Part shown: in pieces, positions 17,042 to 27,326 of the stretch
Position numbering within the stretch: position 1 is the first letter of the stretch
Layout: every line of letters begins with the position of its first letter
DNA from: Candidatus Micrarchaeota archaeon
GTDB lineage: Archaea; Micrarchaeota; Micrarchaeia; Norongarragalinales; Norongarragalinaceae
Direction: 5' to 3'
NCBI GenBank assembly: GCA_043822385.1
Contig: JBDRBT010000006.1
Location: 23,586 to 87,585 of the forward strand
Length of the DNA stretch: 64,000 nt
Notes under the pieces: generated by a model
The model's database searches: none
Told to the model about the DNA's origin: nothing
What the model saw: the letters and a program-made list of their open reading frames with translations, nothing else
Made by a program: the position numbers and the translations under genes

Positions 17042-18853
17042 ATGAAGTCTAGCAGTATTTTTTTGAACGGGAGATTCCTCGGTTTTCACGATAATGGTGA
17101 AAAACTAGTTGATGACTTGCGTGAAATGAGGCGTAAGGGAGAACTTGATTCTGAGTTTAATATTTGTTTTTACTCTAAAACTAATGAAGTTTTTATTAAT
17201 ACTGACGAGGGACGCGCTCGCAGGCCTTTAATCGTTGTAAAGAACGGCAAGCCATTGCTTTCAAGTGATTTAGTTGATAGATTAAAGAAAAAAGAATTAT
17301 CCTGGAACGATTTAGTTGTCAGGGGCTTAATTGAGTACTTGGATGCAGAGGAAGAAGAAAACACGTTAATTGCTTTGAATTTAAACGAGTTAACTGAAAA
17401 ACACACTCACTTGGAAATTGATCCTTCAGTTATTTTGGGTTATGCTTCTTCATTAATTCCTTTTCCTGAATACAACATGGCTCCGAGAGTTTTAATGGCT
17501 GCTCAGCACACTAAACAGAGTCTTGGCTTGTTTGCAAGCAATTACAATTATCGTACTGACACTAGGTCTCACTTGCTTTTTTATCCACAAAGGCCGTTAG
17601 TTCAAACTAGAACTTACGACGCATTAAAGTTGTTTAATCGTTCTTCAGGACAAAATTACGTGGTTGCTGTATTGAGTTATTACGGTTACAACATGAATGA
17701 CGCGGTCGTAATGAACAAGAGTTCCATAGAACGCACTTTAGGTAGAACTATGTTCATGCGTACGTACAATACTGAAGAAAGGCGTTATCCTGGAGGACAA
17801 AAAGACAAGTTCTGTAAGCCGGAAGAATTTGTTCAAGGTTATTTAGGTGAGGAAGTTTACGCTAGTTTAGATGAAGATGGATTGATTTCTCCTGAAACGG
17901 TTGTTGAGCCTAACGCGGTTTTAGTTGGAAAAACGTCTCCTCCACGGTTCTTGAAGGAAGTTACTGCTCTTGAAGTTGATGTTGAAAAAAGGCGCGAGAG
18001 TTCTCTTTCAGTTCGAGGTAACGAAAGCGGTATAGTTGATTCTGTTATTTTATCTGTAACTCCTTCTGGCAATAAGTTCGTTAAAATTAAAGTGCGTAAC
18101 TTGAATATTCCTGAAGTTGGAGACAAGTTTGCTTCGCGTTTCGGGCAAAAGGGAGTTGTTTCATTAATGGTTCCTCAGGAAGACATGCCGTTTACTAAAG
18201 ACGGTGTGGTGCCTGATTTGATTATTAATCCTCATGCTATTCCAGGTCGTATGACTGCTGGTCACTTGCTTGAAATGCTTGGTGGAAAAGCTGCTTGCGT
18301 TAGTGGAAAGTTGAGGGATGGAACTGCTTTTAGTGGCGAAAAACAAGCTGATTTTGAAAAGGTTTTGAAGGAAGCTGGTTTTGACGAGACTGGGCAAGAA
18401 TTATTGTACGATGGAAAAACGGGTCGTTTAATGAACTCGAAAATTTTTGTTGGAGTTATTTACTACCAACGATTGCATCACTTGGTTGGTTTGAAGATGC
18501 ATGCTCGTTCGCGTGGTCCAGTTCAAATGCTTACTCACCAGCCTACTGAAGGACGCGCTCGCGAGGGTGGTTTGAGGCTTGGTGAAATGGAGCGTGACTG
18601 TTTTATTGGTTACGGCGCGGCTTTGTTGTTGAAAGAGCGTATGATTGATTCAAGTGACAAGACTACTGAATTAGTTTGCAATACTTGTGGTTCTCTTGCA
18701 ATTTTTGATCGTGTTAAGAACAAGCGTTACTGTCCATTGTGTGATAGTTCTGACGTTAAAGAAATTTTTGTTTCTTATGCCTTCAAGCTGTTGGTTGATG
18801 AAATGAAGTCTATTGGTATATTCCCAAAATTAAACTTGAAGGATAATGCGTGA
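17042..18853 (+). CDS. rpoB1: DNA-directed RNA polymerase subunit B' (C-terminal half of split RpoB)
   Basis: GDKFASRFGQKGV, NPHAIPGRMTAGHLLE, GEMERDC and the C-terminal Zn ribbon C..C....C..C are conserved Rpb2 C-terminal motifs. Confidence 0.95.
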   Translation: MKSSSIFLNGRFLGFHDNGEKLVDDLREMRRKGELDSEFNICFYSKTNEVFINTDEGRARRPLIVVKNGKPLLSSDLVDRLKKKELSWNDLVVRGLIEYLDAEEEENTLIALNLNELTEKHTHLEIDPSVILGYASSLIPFPEYNMAPRVLMAAQHTKQSLGLFASNYNYRTDTRSHLLFYPQRPLVQTRTYDALKLFNRSSGQNYVVAVLSYYGYNMNDAVVMNKSSIERTLGRTMFMRTYNTEERRYPGGQKDKFCKPEEFVQGYLGEEVYASLDEDGLISPETVVEPNAVLVGKTSPPRFLKEVTALEVDVEKRRESSLSVRGNESGIVDSVILSVTPSGNKFVKIKVRNLNIPEVGDKFASRFGQKGVVSLMVPQEDMPFTKDGVVPDLIINPHAIPGRMTAGHLLEMLGGKAACVSGKLRDGTAFSGEKQADFEKVLKEAGFDETGQELLYDGKTGRLMNSKIFVGVIYYQRLHHLVGLKMHARSRGPVQMLTHQPTEGRAREGGLRLGEMERDCFIGYGAALLLKERMIDSSDKTTELVCNTCGSLAIFDRVKNKRYCPLCDSSDVKEIFVSYAFKLLVDEMKSIGIFPKLNLKDNA

Positions 18854-18868
18854 GGAGTGGATTTTGTT

Positions 18869-21800
18869 ATGACTATTATTGGCTCAATCAAGTTTTCGTT
18901 GTTTTCACCTAATGACATACGAAAAATGAGTACTACGCGTATTACTGTTCCAGATACTTACGATGAAGATGGTTACCCGATTGTTGGTGGTTTAGCGGAC
19001 CAGAGGCTTGGCGTGATTGATCCGGGTTTGAAATGCAAGTCTTGTGGTTCTAGAATGAAGGATTGCCCAGGACACTTTGGGCACATTGAGTTAGTTCGTC
19101 CAGTAGTTCACGTTGGTTTTGCTAAAACAGTTTACCAGTTATTGAAAGCTACTTGCAGGAAGTGCGGTAGGTTAATGGTTTTAGCTGACCTTGAAAAAAC
19201 TAAACAAAGCAATGAGTGTCCTCATTGTGGAGAAAAACAAAAGAAAGTAAAATTTGTTAAGCCAACTGGTTTTTTTGAAGACGACCGAAAAGTATTGCCT
19301 AATGAACTTCGCGAAAGGTTAGAGCGTATTCCTCAGGAAGACTTAGACGTATTGAAGGTTAAAATAAGGCCTGAGTGGGTGGTTTTAACGGTCTTGATTG
19401 TTCCTCCTGTTACTGTACGCCCTTCAATTACTCTTGAGACGGGAGAACGAAGTGAAGATGATTTAACTCACAAGCTAGTGGATATTTTGCGTATAAACCA
19501 ACGGCTTGAGGAAAACGTTGAAGCAGGGGCTCCTCAATTGATTATTGAAGACTTGTGGGAGTTATTGCAGTACCACGTTTCTACTTATTTTGATAATGAG
19601 ACTGCTGGTATTCCGCCCGCTAGACACAGGAGTGGTAGGCAGTTGAAGACTTTGTTCCAGAGGCTTAAAGGTAAGGAAGGCAGGTTTAGGTACAACTTGT
19701 CTGGAAAGAGAGTTAACTTTTCTGCGAGAACCGTTATTTCTCCTGACCCGACTCTTGGAATAAATGAACTTGGTGTTCCGGATGAAATTGCTTCTGAATT
19801 AACCGTGCCTATTAGCGTTACTGAATGGAATTTAGAAAACGTCAAGATTTTGCTTAAAGAAAAAATGGATAAAATTAGTTACGTTGTTAGGCCTGATGGA
19901 CGAAGAAAGAAACTGAGTGCATCTAATTTAGATGAAGTTTTAGGTGAATTAGCTCCCGGTTATTTTGTTGAACGACAGTTAATTGATGGAGATTTTGTTT
20001 TGTTTAACCGACAGCCTTCATTACACAGAGTTTCAATGATGTGCCACCGTGTTAGAGTTTTGCCTGGAAAAACCTTTAGGTTTAATGTTGCTGTTTGCAA
20101 TCCATATAACGCGGACTACGATGGGGATGAAATGAACATGCACGTTCCTCAAAACGAGGAAGCTCAAAGCGAAGCAGCTTTGTTAATGAGTGTTAAAGAA
20201 CAAATATTGTCTCCACGAAAAGGGTTTGCAATTATCGCGCCTAGTTTAGATCACATTACTGGCTTGTACTTATTGACTCAAGATGAAGTTTCTTGGTCTA
20301 GGGAAGAGGCTTGCACTTTACTTAATGAAGCAGGAATAACTAACGAAAACGTTAACAAAACTATTTCCGGTAAAGACTTGTTTTCAATGATTTTGCCTCC
20401 TGAATTAAATTTCGAGTGCATTAACAAAAGCAAGGAAAAAGTTGTCATAAAAAAAGGAAAACTTGTTAGTGGTCACATTGATGGGAAAGTAAGTACTATT
20501 CTAGTTGAAGAAATTTTCAAGAAACTTGGTTCTGAAGCGGCTTCTGATTATTTGGATCGAACAACCAAATTGTCTGTTGCAGTCACTACTTTCTACGGTT
20601 TTTCTTTGAGCATGGATGATTATAAAATAACTCCGAAAGCTAAAGAAGAAATAACTCAGTTGTATGAAGAAGGAAGAAAGAAAGTACGCGAGTTAATCAA
20701 GCTTTATCGTACTGGAAAATTAGAGAGAAAACCCGGTAAAACACTAAAGGAAACTCTAGAAGAGCAAGTAATGAGTGTAGTTGAATTAATTCGTTTTCAC
20801 TCTTGGTCTATAGTTAAAGACAACATCAAGCTAAATGCGGTTGTTATTGGTGGTAAAGAATTGAAGCAAAACTCTGCTTTGTTAATGGCTAGTTCAGGCG
20901 CGAGAGGTAAGCCAATAAACGTAGTGCAAATGACTTCCTTAGTTGGCCAGCAAGCAGTTAGAGGAAAGAGAATGACTGCAGGGTTTAGGAATAGAATTCT
21001 ACCTCACTTTTTGCGTGGTGACTTATCTGATTCTTCTCGTGGTTTTGTTAAGAATAATTACGTTGACGGCTTAACTGCCTTTGAGTATTTCTTCCACGCT
21101 GCTGGAGGAAGGGACTCGGTAGTAGACAAGGGCGTAAACCCTGCTAAAACAGGTTACATGCAGAGGCGTTTAATTAATGCTTTCCAAGACTTTTTCGTTG
21201 ATTCCGATTATAGCGTTAGGGATGCGGAAGGTAATTTGATTCAATTCCTTTACGGTGACGATGGAAATGACCCATGTACTAATGAGGCTATTGCTCCTGG
21301 AGAGCCAGTTGGAGTAGTTGCCGCACAATCTATTGGTGAACCTGGCACGCAAATGACTTTAAGAACGTTCCACTATGCTGGAGTAGCTTCTTTAGCACAA
21401 TTAGGGTTCACTCGATTGGTTGAATTAGTTGATGCTAGACGCACGCCTAAAAAACCAGTTATGGAAATTCACTTGCAAAAGAAATTCCAGAAAGATTACG
21501 ATGCAGTAAAGAAAATTGCTTCAAGCATTGAGCAAGTTACGCTTAGAGATATTGCTGAAATAAAGGAAGACTTCATCAAGAAAGTAGTAACCATTACTTT
21601 CAACAAGCAATTAATGCGTGAAAAAAATATTAAAGAAAAAGAAATAATTGAAAAGATAAAAGAATTAGCTGAATTTAGCGTCAAGGATGATGTTCTCGTG
21701 ATAAAACCAAAGAACGAGTCTTTGAAGAATATTCGCTTGCTTACCACTAAGATGGGTGACTTGCATTTGCAAGGCATTTCTGGAATAAGCCGAGCTATTA

Positions 21801-22267
21801 TTGTAGAATCAAAGAAGGACCAGGGAATTGAATTAACTATTGCTACGGAAGGATCTAACTTGAAGGAAGTATTCAAGATTCCTGAAGTTGATAGTTACTT
21901 TACTACTACTAATGACGTTAAAGAAATTGCTGAAGTCTTAGGTATTGAAGCAGGAAGAAACTCTATTATTCAGGAAGTAATGAAGGTTTTAGATGCTCAA
22001 GATCTTGATGTTGACTTGAGGCACATAATGCTTATTGCGGATGCAATGGCGTTTAAGGGAGCTATTCTTTCAGTAGGCCGGCACGGTTTAGCTGGGAAGA
22101 AGGCTTCAGTAATCGCCAGGGCTGCTTTCGAGGAAACTGCCAAGCACTTGTTGAATGCTTGCGTTCACGGGGAAGTAGATAACTTGAGTGGCGTAGCTGA
22201 AAATATTATTGTCGGACAAACTATTCCTTGCGGAACCGGTAAAGTAAACCTCGAGTACAAACCTTGA
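18869..22267 (+). CDS. rpoA: DNA-directed RNA polymerase subunit A, with A' and A'' apparently fused in one ORF
   Basis: The N-terminal clamp Zn motifs, the catalytic NADYDGDEMN, the bridge helix (AKTGYMQRRLINAFQD) and the trigger loop (AAQSIGEPGTQMTLRTFHYAGVA) all lie in one continuous 1132-aa frame. Only about 25 aa separate the bridge helix from the trigger loop. The C-terminus reads GQTIPCGTG. ATG at 18869 is preferred over the upstream GTG. Confidence 0.9.
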   Translation: MTIIGSIKFSLFSPNDIRKMSTTRITVPDTYDEDGYPIVGGLADQRLGVIDPGLKCKSCGSRMKDCPGHFGHIELVRPVVHVGFAKTVYQLLKATCRKCGRLMVLADLEKTKQSNECPHCGEKQKKVKFVKPTGFFEDDRKVLPNELRERLERIPQEDLDVLKVKIRPEWVVLTVLIVPPVTVRPSITLETGERSEDDLTHKLVDILRINQRLEENVEAGAPQLIIEDLWELLQYHVSTYFDNETAGIPPARHRSGRQLKTLFQRLKGKEGRFRYNLSGKRVNFSARTVISPDPTLGINELGVPDEIASELTVPISVTEWNLENVKILLKEKMDKISYVVRPDGRRKKLSASNLDEVLGELAPGYFVERQLIDGDFVLFNRQPSLHRVSMMCHRVRVLPGKTFRFNVAVCNPYNADYDGDEMNMHVPQNEEAQSEAALLMSVKEQILSPRKGFAIIAPSLDHITGLYLLTQDEVSWSREEACTLLNEAGITNENVNKTISGKDLFSMILPPELNFECINKSKEKVVIKKGKLVSGHIDGKVSTILVEEIFKKLGSEAASDYLDRTTKLSVAVTTFYGFSLSMDDYKITPKAKEEITQLYEEGRKKVRELIKLYRTGKLERKPGKTLKETLEEQVMSVVELIRFHSWSIVKDNIKLNAVVIGGKELKQNSALLMASSGARGKPINVVQMTSLVGQQAVRGKRMTAGFRNRILPHFLRGDLSDSSRGFVKNNYVDGLTAFEYFFHAAGGRDSVVDKGVNPAKTGYMQRRLINAFQDFFVDSDYSVRDAEGNLIQFLYGDDGNDPCTNEAIAPGEPVGVVAAQSIGEPGTQMTLRTFHYAGVASLAQLGFTRLVELVDARRTPKKPVMEIHLQKKFQKDYDAVKKIASSIEQVTLRDIAEIKEDFIKKVVTITFNKQLMREKNIKEKEIIEKIKELAEFSVKDDVLVIKPKNESLKNIRLLTTKMGDLHLQGISGISRAIIVESKKDQGIELTIATEGSNLKEVFKIPEVDSYFTTTNDVKEIAEVLGIEAGRNSIIQEVMKVLDAQDLDVDLRHIMLIADAMAFKGAILSVGRHGLAGKKASVIARAAFEETAKHLLNACVHGEVDNLSGVAENIIVGQTIPCGTGKVNLEYKP

Positions 22268-22295
22268 TTTACTTCAGCTTTTTGATTGAAGTAAA
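22268..22295 (+). terminator. hairpin immediately after the rpoA stop (TTTACTTCA-10 nt-TGAAGTAAA followed by an A-run)
   Basis: 9-bp inverted repeat at 22268..22276 and 22287..22295. It lies in the convergent intergenic region shared with polD2. On the minus strand the A-run reads as a T-run. Confidence 0.3.
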
Positions 22296-22407
22296 AAAAG
22301 AGTATATTTAAGCTAGTGTACTCCTTGTTTTGAGAAAAATCGCCTCCTCTCAACGCAAGGTGTTTGGGAAAACGCGTTAAAGCGTTTTCCTTCACCAACC
22401 ACTTTTT

Positions 22408-25400
22408 TTAAAAGTATTTTGCTAGCGAGAATTGCTGTGCGTTGTCTTGCTTGAAAATGTCGTTTATTTCTCGTTCGAGTAATGCTAGTCTTTGTTTCAA
22501 GTAATCCGGCAAGTTGTATTTTTCAGTCATTTCCTTGCTTAATTCTAAGTACTTCATTATTCCGCCTTTGTTTATTGTTAGTAATAGTTTTCCGTTGCAC
22601 TTGCGGCACTTTCCGCTTAAAGGCACGCGCCTGTATTTAGCGTTGCAGTCTACGCATCTTAGTTTTTGTTTTCCGAATGAACGCAGGTTTCCATACAAGT
22701 CGGGTAAAAAGTGTGATAAAATTATTTTTTCGCTTGCTTTGCTTTCATCTACCGCCCTGATTTTCCTCATTAATTCTAGTTCAGAGTAAACTTTTTCACT
22801 CATGCTTTTTAGTTCAACGTATTTTGTTACTATCGGGCCTAAAATGCTTGCTTCGTGAGTATACCCGATTCCTTCGTATTGTTCTTCTTTACCTAAGAAT
22901 TCGCTTATCGTGCTTATTTTAGCTTCGCTTGGTGGGAAACTGTTTTCTGAATTCCGGTAAAAATCAAGCGGGTAATCAAAAGAACGATCCATTGCGTGAA
23001 CTTCATCATCTACTTCCCGTGGGTCTAGAATAGTAGTTAATACTAGGGCCGCATCCATTTTGCCTCCGCGTGTTTCAGGTAGGAACGAGTAAGAAAAGTT
23101 TAGGAACAAGTCCATGGCTAGCATTACTGCTAATTCGTCTCCGTCTGCGTTTCTCCTGCAAGCACAATGCAAGTAAGGGTGAGCTAATAGCCCTTGAACG
23201 TGCGTGTAACCAATTATTCTGCAAGTTATTCCTGCGCTAGTGTGCGGCGCTATTGCCACGAGTACTTTTCCAATCAAGTCTTTTGGTTTGCTGCAGTTGT
23301 AGTAAGAAGAAAGGTTGTACAAGTAAACTAGTTCGTCATCAATGAATTGCGTTACTCGATAAAAATATCCTAAAGCGTGTTCTGAAATAACAACGTCTTG
23401 AGGGAATATTTCTATTATTTGATCCGTGTTTTCAATTGGTTTTCCGTGAATGTCTTTTTCGTAGCCTAGTTTTTTTATTTCTTCAATGCTCGCATTTATT
23501 TCCCCTGGTTTGAAGTGAGTTATTGGTATTTCAGTTGAATCGTGTCTTATAGTGCCGTCCCTGAACACGCTTAATTCGTACTTGGCGCGCAGTAATCCTT
23601 TCTCTAGTGCTTCAGGTGTCTTTGCTGCTGAAATCAAGCCTATTACTGCTTTTACTTTTTCCGGCTTACAGTTTACTTTGCTAGCGGCTTTTTCAACTAA
23701 GTCCTTCAAGTTTACTCTTTGAATCGCGCTCTTTTTTTTCTTTATTTGGCATGAACAAGTCTTTTTCCCGCATTTTACGCAAGTTTCTATACTTATTGTG
23801 TCCTGGCCGCATGAACTGCATTTATTGTTGTATTGAACGAGTTTGCAGGAACTGCACTCTCGAGTTTCCACTTCGACTTCTATTATTCCCGCATTAGCTG
23901 CTTTCATTAAGTCGCGGGTTTTGCCTCCTGCTTGCCCGATTGGGAACAAGGAGTTTACGGGGGGCTGCATTTTTCTTTCCTTGCTTTTTTCAGGCCTACC
24001 CATACTAGTTCCGACGTATATTCCTACTTTTTTCTTGATTTTGAATGGTGCTGTTTCATTAATTATTTGCATTACTGTTTTTTCTTCAGAAAAAGCTTTA
24101 TTGAATTTTTCTAGAGTCAACCCCTTGTTTTTGATTAATCCTAGCGAGGTTAGTAGTGCGAGCGCGTAGTTTTTTTCTATAATGATTTCATCGTTTTTTA
24201 CTGAGTGTGGGAAACACATTATTTCCAAGAGTCTTTTTTCACTCGAGTTTTTAAGTGAGTAATTCTTGAATTCAAACCAGTCGTAGTCAAGTTTTCCTTT
24301 TTTAATTAAGTATTCAGCTAGTGTTTTCAATTCTTTTGCGGTTAAGTCATGCCAGTGGAAAGTGTATTTTGGGGCTAGTGGCGCGTTGAATGACGCTGCT
24401 TCTTCAAAAGAGATTTCGTTTATTTCACTAATGCTTTTATGCACGTTTATTTCGTTTAATTCTTTTTGGTACCATTCTTCGCACCAGGCTGAAGCTATTA
24501 TTGGGTGGTTTGCCTTGTTGAAGTCGCCGAAGCAAGTAAGCAAGTCGCCTAGGAAAATTATTTCTTTTATTTTTTCTTTTTCTTCATTTGCTTCTTCAAC
24601 TGAATTGATTTTTTTTACTGTACCATCTTCCAACAACACTGTTGGGCCTTCGATTGTTTCGCAAGGCGTGACTATGCAGCCTTTTCCAGGGCGTTCTGTT
24701 TTAACTTGAGTTCCAAAAACAGGAAAGTTATCCAAAACCGTCATTGTTGCGGGGTGTATTCCTTTTGCTAGTATTCCGCAAAAACGAGTTCTACCGTACC
24801 GCAACCTGAAGCCTCCTTGAGCCATTGGGAAACTAAAGATTGGTCTCCCGGCTACTATGTCTTGCATGTATTTGGGTACTGGTTTTATCTCGATTTTTTT
24901 CTCGTTTTGTTTCGTTACTTTAACTAGTTTTTCTAGCCAACTCCAGTCTAAACCTGCTTTCTTAGCTATTTTCATTACTTTAGGTGCTTTCAAGCATATT
25001 CCTTCGCTTATTACTAAGCAAACGCCTGAACGCACTTTGTTTGTTTCTATTGAAGCGAGGTTTTTGTACGTGCTTACTTCATAATCTTCAGTTGGCTCGC
25101 CGTTAACGCAAATAGGACAGTTTGTTACTACGTGTTTTACTTCTTCTTCTGTTGGAACGTATTGTCCTGCCCTGGTTTTTAAGGCGTACAAATTTATTTC
25201 TTCAACAAACCTGTTTTGCTCGTCTTCAAGCGGCCTGTAAGCGCCTATACTCATTTTTTTCCTGCAGTAATCCGCAACTAAGAGTGTGAATGCTTGTCCG
25301 GTTCCTCCCGCTCCACGAATTGGTCCAGTAAAGTAAACTGCTATGTAGTCCGAGCCGTCTGCGTTCTTTTTTATTTTTACTCTTGATACGCCCTCGATTG

Positions 25401-25755
25401 GTGCTGAAACTACTCCCTCAGTGAATAATGCTAGTGCGGAGCGTACTGCTTGTTCTATTAATTCTTCTTTGCTTCCTTGAATGAATTTTTCGTCAAGTAT
25501 TTCTTTAGCTATTTCGAAACAAACTTTATCCCGGTTATCTAGTTCTTCAGTTAATTCTCTTATTCTTGTCGCTATTCCCCGCGGGCCTACTAGTCCTTCT
25601 ACTCTTGCAGCCACGTCTTTTGCTGGCGCAACTTCCACTCCTTTAGATGGGTCTAAGCCTTTGCTTCGAGCTTGGCTTGCTAAATCAATTTGTTTGGTTA
25701 TTTCTGTTTCTAGTTCTTGAAAATAGTTTTTGATTTTAAGGCTGGCTTCAATCAT
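22408..25755 (-). CDS. polD2: DNA polymerase II (PolD) large subunit DP2
   Basis: 1115 aa. The N-terminal region (RVEGLVGPRGIATRIREL), central Cys clusters and the C-terminal Zn-binding motif CVDCNAKYRRVPLSGKCRKCNGKL are typical of archaeal DP2. No intein-sized insertion is present. Confidence 0.95.
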   Translation of the reverse strand: MIEASLKIKNYFQELETEITKQIDLASQARSKGLDPSKGVEVAPAKDVAARVEGLVGPRGIATRIRELTEELDNRDKVCFEIAKEILDEKFIQGSKEELIEQAVRSALALFTEGVVSAPIEGVSRVKIKKNADGSDYIAVYFTGPIRGAGGTGQAFTLLVADYCRKKMSIGAYRPLEDEQNRFVEEINLYALKTRAGQYVPTEEEVKHVVTNCPICVNGEPTEDYEVSTYKNLASIETNKVRSGVCLVISEGICLKAPKVMKIAKKAGLDWSWLEKLVKVTKQNEKKIEIKPVPKYMQDIVAGRPIFSFPMAQGGFRLRYGRTRFCGILAKGIHPATMTVLDNFPVFGTQVKTERPGKGCIVTPCETIEGPTVLLEDGTVKKINSVEEANEEKEKIKEIIFLGDLLTCFGDFNKANHPIIASAWCEEWYQKELNEINVHKSISEINEISFEEAASFNAPLAPKYTFHWHDLTAKELKTLAEYLIKKGKLDYDWFEFKNYSLKNSSEKRLLEIMCFPHSVKNDEIIIEKNYALALLTSLGLIKNKGLTLEKFNKAFSEEKTVMQIINETAPFKIKKKVGIYVGTSMGRPEKSKERKMQPPVNSLFPIGQAGGKTRDLMKAANAGIIEVEVETRECSSCKLVQYNNKCSSCGQDTISIETCVKCGKKTCSCQIKKKKSAIQRVNLKDLVEKAASKVNCKPEKVKAVIGLISAAKTPEALEKGLLRAKYELSVFRDGTIRHDSTEIPITHFKPGEINASIEEIKKLGYEKDIHGKPIENTDQIIEIFPQDVVISEHALGYFYRVTQFIDDELVYLYNLSSYYNCSKPKDLIGKVLVAIAPHTSAGITCRIIGYTHVQGLLAHPYLHCACRRNADGDELAVMLAMDLFLNFSYSFLPETRGGKMDAALVLTTILDPREVDDEVHAMDRSFDYPLDFYRNSENSFPPSEAKISTISEFLGKEEQYEGIGYTHEASILGPIVTKYVELKSMSEKVYSELELMRKIRAVDESKASEKIILSHFLPDLYGNLRSFGKQKLRCVDCNAKYRRVPLSGKCRKCNGKLLLTINKGGIMKYLELSKEMTEKYNLPDYLKQRLALLEREINDIFKQDNAQQFSLAKYF

Positions 25756-27224
25756 TGTTCGTCACCAACAAAATTCAAGACTTTTAGTGACCCCGTCTTT
25801 AAGTTGTAAACAGGTAGTTGTGCGGGAGTAGGAACGTGTCCTTGTTTTACTTGAAAATCGGTTCTTGACTGCCAGGTTCCTGAATTAACTATGAAGGTTC
25901 CTTTGTAGTCTGCGTAACCGTTTTTGTGCACGTGCCCGAAGTGAAGAATATCTGGTATTTGTTTTATTACCATTTCATCTTCAGGTAAGGGAATTAAGGG
26001 TTTTTCTCCGTAAACTGGAGACAAGTGTCTCCTCTTTAAGTATTCAATGCCGACTAGTTCTGGTTGTTCATACCCGTTTTTTAGGCTGGGTAGCGCTTTA
26101 ATTACGTAATCTATTGAAGTGCCGTGATAAATCAGTATTTTCAAGTCGTGAATTAAAACCATTGCGGGGTTGGATACGAATAAGACGTTTTCTTTTCCTT
26201 CTAGTTGTCGTACGAATTCGTTTGATATTCTAGGTGTTGGTTCTGCGGTTCTTGCAGAATCATGGTTTCCGGTTGAAATAATTATTTGAATGTGGTCGGG
26301 TATTTGTTTGAAGTAATCGCAAAACATTTCGTACTGGCCGTAAATGTCTTTAGTTACTAACTCGCTTTCTTGGTTTGGGTAAATGCCTACTCCGTCAACT
26401 ATGTCTCCTGCTAAAATTAAGTACTTTATTTTGCTTGCTTCCTCGCTGTCTTCGGTTTCTCCTCTTAAGAACTTTATTAGTTTCTGGAATTCCCTTTGCA
26501 TGAAGTTTTTGCTTCCAAAGTGAGTGTCTGAAATGAATGCTATTGAAACGTCTTCATTAATTAGTTTTTTTTGTCTTATGGGAACGTCCGGCCAAACAAT
26601 ATTTTCTACAATAAACAAGCCTTTACTCATGAAGCCGTCTAAGGCGAGTACGTCATCTTGAAGCACTTGGTTTGCTAGCTCGAGTGTTTTCGCGTCGTTT
26701 TTTGATACTAAGCAAGGTATTAATTCATCTAAGTCTTCTAGCTCAATTAGTTTGTGCTTGTTTTTTGTTTCCCTGCAGTCATTTACCATGCCTATTATGC
26801 GCATTTTGTTTCTGTCAATGCTTTTTTTTGCTTGGCTTAGAGTTACGATAGCGTGTTCGCTTCTTCTTTGTTTTAGTATCAAGCTTAATTGAGCAAAACG
26901 GTTTTGAAAGTATTTAGTAAAGTCTTTTACTTCCCCTATTATTCTGCCTGTTTTTTTTTCTTCATAAACCAGGGAAGTTTTTACTAGTGCTGCAGACGGC
27001 GCGTAATCTGTTTTTTTTTCGCTTGTTGTTTGCCCTGCTTTTTCTGACACGTTTAACTCGTTTAAAACTTCGTCAATAATAGCGTGAGTAATTATGAAGC
27101 CTCCCTTCAAGTGAGTTTCGCATGCTTCTAAGAGTTTTAACGGGTTTTCGTAATTCTTCAAGTGGTTTAATGCTGCTGGTTCTATTAGCAAGCCTCTTTT
27201 TTTGGCTTCAAGCAGTACATCCAT
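25752..27224 (-). CDS. polD1: DNA polymerase II (PolD) small subunit DP1 (calcineurin-like phosphoesterase, 3'-5' exonuclease)
   Basis: Metallophosphatase motifs IAFISDTHFGS, LILAGDIVDG, GNHDS and FGHVHKNGY. It overlaps the DP2 start by 4 nt. The start is ambiguous: ATG at 27284 adds a hydrophobic 20-aa extension, and I prefer 27224 (MDVLLEAKKRG). Confidence 0.9.
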   Translation of the reverse strand: MDVLLEAKKRGLLIEPAALNHLKNYENPLKLLEACETHLKGGFIITHAIIDEVLNELNVSEKAGQTTSEKKTDYAPSAALVKTSLVYEEKKTGRIIGEVKDFTKYFQNRFAQLSLILKQRRSEHAIVTLSQAKKSIDRNKMRIIGMVNDCRETKNKHKLIELEDLDELIPCLVSKNDAKTLELANQVLQDDVLALDGFMSKGLFIVENIVWPDVPIRQKKLINEDVSIAFISDTHFGSKNFMQREFQKLIKFLRGETEDSEEASKIKYLILAGDIVDGVGIYPNQESELVTKDIYGQYEMFCDYFKQIPDHIQIIISTGNHDSARTAEPTPRISNEFVRQLEGKENVLFVSNPAMVLIHDLKILIYHGTSIDYVIKALPSLKNGYEQPELVGIEYLKRRHLSPVYGEKPLIPLPEDEMVIKQIPDILHFGHVHKNGYADYKGTFIVNSGTWQSRTDFQVKQGHVPTPAQLPVYNLKTGSLKVLNFVGDEQ

Positions 27225-27326
27225 TAAAAAACCCACCCAACTATAGAAAAAGACTGAGGAAGTAATATACGTAAAACAAAGCATTTAATTTTATTGCTTT
27301 CAATATAACGTTAAAAGGGAGATTGA

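Noticed and set aside
17170-22398. Multiple 60-130-aa antisense ORFs inside the rpoB', rpoA and polD genes (e.g. 17170..17406, 19585..19845, 21496..21876, 22165..22398, 23843..24169, 24362..24709)
   Set aside because: They sit entirely within long conserved genes on the opposite strand or in a different frame, with low-complexity compositions. They reflect the low stop-codon density of antisense purine-rich coding DNA.
22408-25755. Possible intein in PolD DP2
   Set aside because: The 1115-aa length is at the lower end for DP2, the conserved blocks are contiguous, and no Hint or homing-endonuclease block is visible.
27225-27284. 20-aa hydrophobic N-terminal extension of DP1 from the first ATG (MLCFTYITSSVFFYSWVGFL)
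   Set aside because: It is not conserved-looking, and using it would leave almost no promoter space before the divergent ankyrin gene. The downstream Met (27224) is preferred, though this is unproven.
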